DNA from: Clostridia bacterium
GTDB taxonomy: Bacteria > Bacillota > Clostridia > TANB77 > CAG-465
Direction: 5' to 3'
Assembly (NCBI GenBank): GCA_045538335.1
Contig: JAZSRF010000013.1
Location: 1-53,757 of the forward strand
Length of the DNA stretch: 53,757 nucleotides
The position numbers and the translations under genes are program-made. This document shows positions 50,265 through 53,757 of this stretch, in pieces (the stretch's first letter is position 1; every line of letters starts with the position of its first letter). A model generated the notes under the pieces. It made no database searches and was not told where the DNA came from. It saw only the letters and a program-made list of their open reading frames with translations.

Positions 50265-51379
50265 ACAAAATTTTCTTTGTTTAGAAATCTTAATTCATCT
50301 AAAACAAACTCTCCGTCTTTACGTATTAATACATTATCAAAATATATTTCGCCACCACCGTACTCTTTAGTTTGGATACATACTAAATCCCAATGAATTG
50401 CAGACCTATTCCCGTTGTCAAACTCCTCTACACTTGTTCCTGGTGTCAAATGGAAGCTTCCATATATCTTTTCATCAAATAAGACATCTCCCATGATTTT
50501 TGTTATATGTGGATTAAGACCTAATGCAAACTCCCCTATATATCTAGCTCCTTCATCTGTATCTAATATTTTGTCTATTTCATTCTTATTATCAGCATAG
50601 GTTTCAACTATTTTACCATTTTTAAATACAAACTTTATATTATTAAATTCAATTCCATTATAGCTACTTTTAGTATTATATGTTATATATCCATTTATAC
50701 TTTCCTTCACAGGAGCAGTTGCAACTTCACCATCTGGTAAATTGTATGTACCAAAATATTTCTCTACACCAATTCCTTTTATACTAAATTCTATATCTGT
50801 CCCTTCACCAATTATTCTTACCTTATCTGTCTTTTGCATTAGCTCTACAAGTTTATCCATTGCATTAGATAATTTTGTATAATCTAGAGTACACACATTA
50901 TAATATAAGTCAACATATTCTCTTAAAGTAACATTACTCTTTTTTGCTAAATATTCATTTGGATAATTTATCAGACACCATTTTGTATTCTTAACACGTT
51001 CTTCTAAATGTACAGGTAAAGTATACCACTTATTGTATAAGGCCATATTCTCACCAGGCACACTCTTTAATATATTTGGATTGTCAATAGATTTTATTGC
51101 AAGATATGCATCCATTTGCTTCATTCTTTCTAAATCGCAAAAACCGTACATCTTCATATAATTTTCATTAGCATTATCTAACATTACTTTTATCATATCA
51201 TAATCTATTATATTAAAGTACGCCTTAGCTCCTATACTTGATACATATTTCATTACTTCGATCGCTAACGGTTTACCATAAGTTCCAAAAAGCTCTATTA
51301 GTATGTTATCACCACTTTTTAATTTAATAGAATTATCTATTATATTTTTTGCAATATTATATAACTTTTCTTGTTCCAT
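50261..51379 (-). CDS. M29 family aminopeptidase (AmpS/PepS type)
   Basis: NLPDGEVATAP, IGEFALG, LFDEKIYGSFHLTPG, NRSAIHWD; GGAGG RBS favours ATG at 51379. Confidence 0.92.
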   Translation of the reverse strand: MEQEKLYNIAKNIIDNSIKLKSGDNILIELFGTYGKPLAIEVMKYVSSIGAKAYFNIIDYDMIKVMLDNANENYMKMYGFCDLERMKQMDAYLAIKSIDNPNILKSVPGENMALYNKWYTLPVHLEERVKNTKWCLINYPNEYLAKKSNVTLREYVDLYYNVCTLDYTKLSNAMDKLVELMQKTDKVRIIGEGTDIEFSIKGIGVEKYFGTYNLPDGEVATAPVKESINGYITYNTKSSYNGIEFNNIKFVFKNGKIVETYADNKNEIDKILDTDEGARYIGEFALGLNPHITKIMGDVLFDEKIYGSFHLTPGTSVEEFDNGNRSAIHWDLVCIQTKEYGGGEIYFDNVLIRKDGEFVLDELRFLNKENFV

Positions 51380-51406
51380 AAAAGCCTCCATATATTTCCA
51401 TTAGAT

Positions 51407-51462
51407 TATAACAAATACAGATAAAAGGTGCAACAATATGTCACTCATTTTGTCTGTATTTT
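51407..51462 (-). promoter_or_regulatory. 56-bp promoter/operator element, copy 2, upstream of the aminopeptidase
   Basis: TTGCAC-17-TATAAT; 54/56 identical to 47301..47356. Confidence 0.8.
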
Positions 51463-51523
51463 GTACTAATTATTTTCTTTGACATTTACTACAAAATATG
51501 TTAATATGCAAGTGGTGATTATA

Positions 51524-52222
51524 ATGAACGTTAATCAAACAATAACTGTAGTAAAAAACAAATTGTCGGTTACTTATCCAGCAAGCGAAGATACGTCATT
51601 AATAAATATGTTTATTGATAAAATTATTTCTATGTTTGGTAATATCCAAAATTATTTTGATGTTGAATATGACTACCTAAATTTAAATCTATACAGCAAA
51701 ACCAACTTTAATAAATTTGTAGCACAGACAACTACTCAATATGGCGACAAAAACAATGTTCCTGAATGGCTTGTTGGTTTTTCAGTAAATGAAAGTGTCA
51801 GCATAATAATTCCTTGTATTGAAAAACTAGAATATATGGCTAAAGTTGCTATTCATGAGCTTGTACATCTTTTATCATACAAGACACAACATAAAGAAAA
51901 AAGAGTCAAATTACTTGACGAAGGAATTGCTTGTTTCTTAAGCAATCAAATGTCAGAAAAAAGATTTCTAACTATTGTGGATGACTATAAACAAAACTCT
52001 CTTCATAAAATAGAAGATTTTTGTATATACAACGGAAATGAATTTGGGAAACGCAATGGTTATGCTTACTCTTACATGATAATGGAATTCTTAAATATAC
52101 AATTTGGAAAAGAAAAAATTATATATTGGTTAAAATATCCTGAAGATTTTCTAGAAATCGTACCTACAATAGAAACCGATTTTAGAAAATATTTAATAGA
52201 TAGAATTAATAAAAATAATTAA
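51524..52222 (+). CDS. Putative zinc metallopeptidase (clan MA/gluzincin-like)
   Basis: HELVH followed by DEGIA (third-ligand Glu) and YAYS; likely start ATG at 51524. Confidence 0.7.
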   Translation: MNVNQTITVVKNKLSVTYPASEDTSLINMFIDKIISMFGNIQNYFDVEYDYLNLNLYSKTNFNKFVAQTTTQYGDKNNVPEWLVGFSVNESVSIIIPCIEKLEYMAKVAIHELVHLLSYKTQHKEKRVKLLDEGIACFLSNQMSEKRFLTIVDDYKQNSLHKIEDFCIYNGNEFGKRNGYAYSYMIMEFLNIQFGKEKIIYWLKYPEDFLEIVPTIETDFRKYLIDRINKNN

Positions 52223-52271
52223 TGAGAAAGAAATAATGTTTCCTTCTCATCTTTATTATATATATATTTAT

Positions 52272-52872
52272 TTATTTGCAACATATTATATTTATTTTCT
52301 TTCCATCGTAATGCATAAGTTCATCATTTTTTAAAGCATAAACGTTATACTTATTTTCTCTTTTTAATTTGTCAAAAATATCTTTTCTAGTTTCATCATA
52401 ATGGCATACTAGTATTCCATCAACAAGAGATAGTCCATTATAATTATCTATATTGACTATATTTTCATCAAAATTTAAAACATGCTTAATATTTGATGTT
52501 GCAAGATGACTTCCTGCACTACCACCTAAATATACAACTCCGTTTATTTATATATTCTTTTATTACTGTGTCAAAACCACTTTTTACAATACATTCTTTT
52601 AATAAAAATGTGTTTCCACCACAAACATATATTAAGTCTATATCTAAGTCTTTGTATTTATCTGGATTTTCGTCATCAAACATTATTATATTAGATTCTT
52701 TAAATCCAATTTTTACATAATCACTTATATACTTTTCCCTATTATATACGTATTTTCTTGCTTGTGGAATAACAAGCATTTTGACATCTTCAAACGGTTT
52801 ATTTAATATTCTTTTTATTTTTTCTATTACTTCCTCTAGTTCAAATCCAGTAGACGTTAATATTATATTCAT
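52272..52872 (-). CDS. Peptidase E (S51)/class I glutamine amidotransferase-like protein split by a +1 frameshift at AAA-CGG-A
   Basis: 5' part has IYVCGGNTF; +1 frame from 52541 continues GVVYLGGSAGS...GLSLVDGILVCHY to TAA at 52272. Confidence 0.8.
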
Positions 52873-52958
52873 ATTGATTTCCCCTTTTTACACATATGAA
52901 ACATATCACTTTAACAAACAAAAATCCATATTTATTACATTTAAGTTTTAATATGGTT

Positions 52959-53456
52959 TTATTTTTTTATTCTATCTACTTTATATAAAACATCATATTC
53001 TTCTTTGGTAGGTTCTTCCCAAAATGACTCTATTTTTTTCATTAATCCCTCATCTACATAGAAATCCGATTCGCTATTTCCTTCTTTTACTCGTTTATTT
53101 CTTTCTGCAATATTTTGTTTCCAAGTTTCATCATCAGCACACACATAATGAATTTCACAATCTACACCATTATTTTTATAATATTCTCTTATTTCTTTTC
53201 TATCTCTATGAGACCACAAACCTCTTTCAAATATTACATTGGCACCTGCTTGTGCAATTTCTCCAGCTTTTCGAGTTAGATATTTATTTAATCTTTCAGA
53301 GAATACATTATAAAACTCTCCTTGTTCGTTATTTATCAATTCGTAAGTGGCTTCGTCCGGCGATATAACAACAGCATTTAAAGATTCTTTAATTATCTTT
53401 GAATAATAACTTTTACCACTACATATTTTACCACATATTAAAATTACTTTTCCCAA
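52959..53456 (-). CDS. P-loop kinase-like protein (AAA_33 type)
   Basis: LICGKICSGKSYY Walker A; VIFERGLW; TTG start. Confidence 0.8.
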   Translation of the reverse strand: MGKVILICGKICSGKSYYSKIIKESLNAVVISPDEATYELINNEQGEFYNVFSERLNKYLTRKAGEIAQAGANVIFERGLWSHRDRKEIREYYKNNGVDCEIHYVCADDETWKQNIAERNKRVKEGNSESDFYVDEGLMKKIESFWEEPTKEEYDVLYKVDRIKK

Positions 53457-53640
53457 ATCATCACTTCCTTAATTTCTTCTTCAATATTTGCTTTTTATAA
53501 TCCTCTTTAATCATTTTTATAAATACTTCTAGGATTTTAATTCATTATTTATCTATGTATATTAAGTTTAATTTTGGTAATTTCTGGCCTCATCTTTATT
53601 ATACTATACAATTCTACACATTTCAATTTTGTGGTAGTGT

Positions 53641-53685
53641 TATATTATAAGTAGTCGGTATATATAACCGACTACTTATAATATA
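53641..53685. terminator. Perfect 19-bp hairpin, likely terminator
   Basis: TATATTATAAGTAGTCGGT / ACCGACTACTTATAATATA directly after a stop codon. Confidence 0.75.
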
Positions 53686-53757
53686 TTAATAATTCTCAAT
53701 ATAATATTTAAGTATCTCTCTATCTCTGTAATTCATAAATTTAGTTCTATATACACT
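53686..53757 (-). CDS. 3' end of a gene truncated by the window edge
   Basis: Open frame SVYRTKFMNYRDREILKYYIENY* ending right before the hairpin. Confidence 0.5.
   Translation of the reverse strand, partial: SVYRTKFMNYRDREILKYYIENY

Noticed and set aside
1901-53368. Many short ORFs antisense to or nested in long genes (e.g. 5002..5331, 19646..20143, 20273..20809, 21765..22289, 49046..49528)
   Set aside because: They are shadow frames of well-supported genes with no RBS or recognisable motifs.
1-53757. Genome-wide UGA-to-Trp reassignment (genetic code 4)
   Set aside because: TGA is clearly used as a stop in coupled ATGA/GTGA overlaps (9625, 25301, 42934) and at 38697, and long genes have no internal TGA. 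Only partial read-through remains possible.

Overview
AT-rich chromosomal window from a low-GC Bacillota genome, most likely Clostridia (inferred from gene content, the T-box and sigmaA promoters). Most genes are on the minus strand. The left two thirds is mainly housekeeping: a cyclic beta-1,2-glucan synthase split into two genes, nifS/iscS, ileS, gltX, rnj, pnuC, tRNA-Trp, rho, rimO, T-box plus thrS, queH, ruvB, fba and an asnB/asnO-like gene. Small arrays of paralogous membrane proteins interrupt this part. The right third (about 33.3-53.5 kb) is accessory. It holds a single-module C-A-T-R NRPS translationally coupled to an orphan 7TM histidine kinase, and a second paralogous orphan kinase. 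A 56-bp promoter/operator is duplicated in front of both the NRPS and an M29 aminopeptidase. A HAD-PRTase / HAD / PfkB-SIS operon sits between the two kinases, and there is a secreted toxin-like / immunity-like / subtilase cassette. Several possible recoding signals are visible: an A_AAA_AAG -1 site, a CGG-A +1 break, an in-frame TGA at codon 2 of one gene, and a tRNA-Trp with a 4-bp anticodon stem. Each of these could also be a mutation or assembly error. No CRISPR array, rRNA, integrase or transposase was seen. All product calls come from motif recognition by eye, not database searches.
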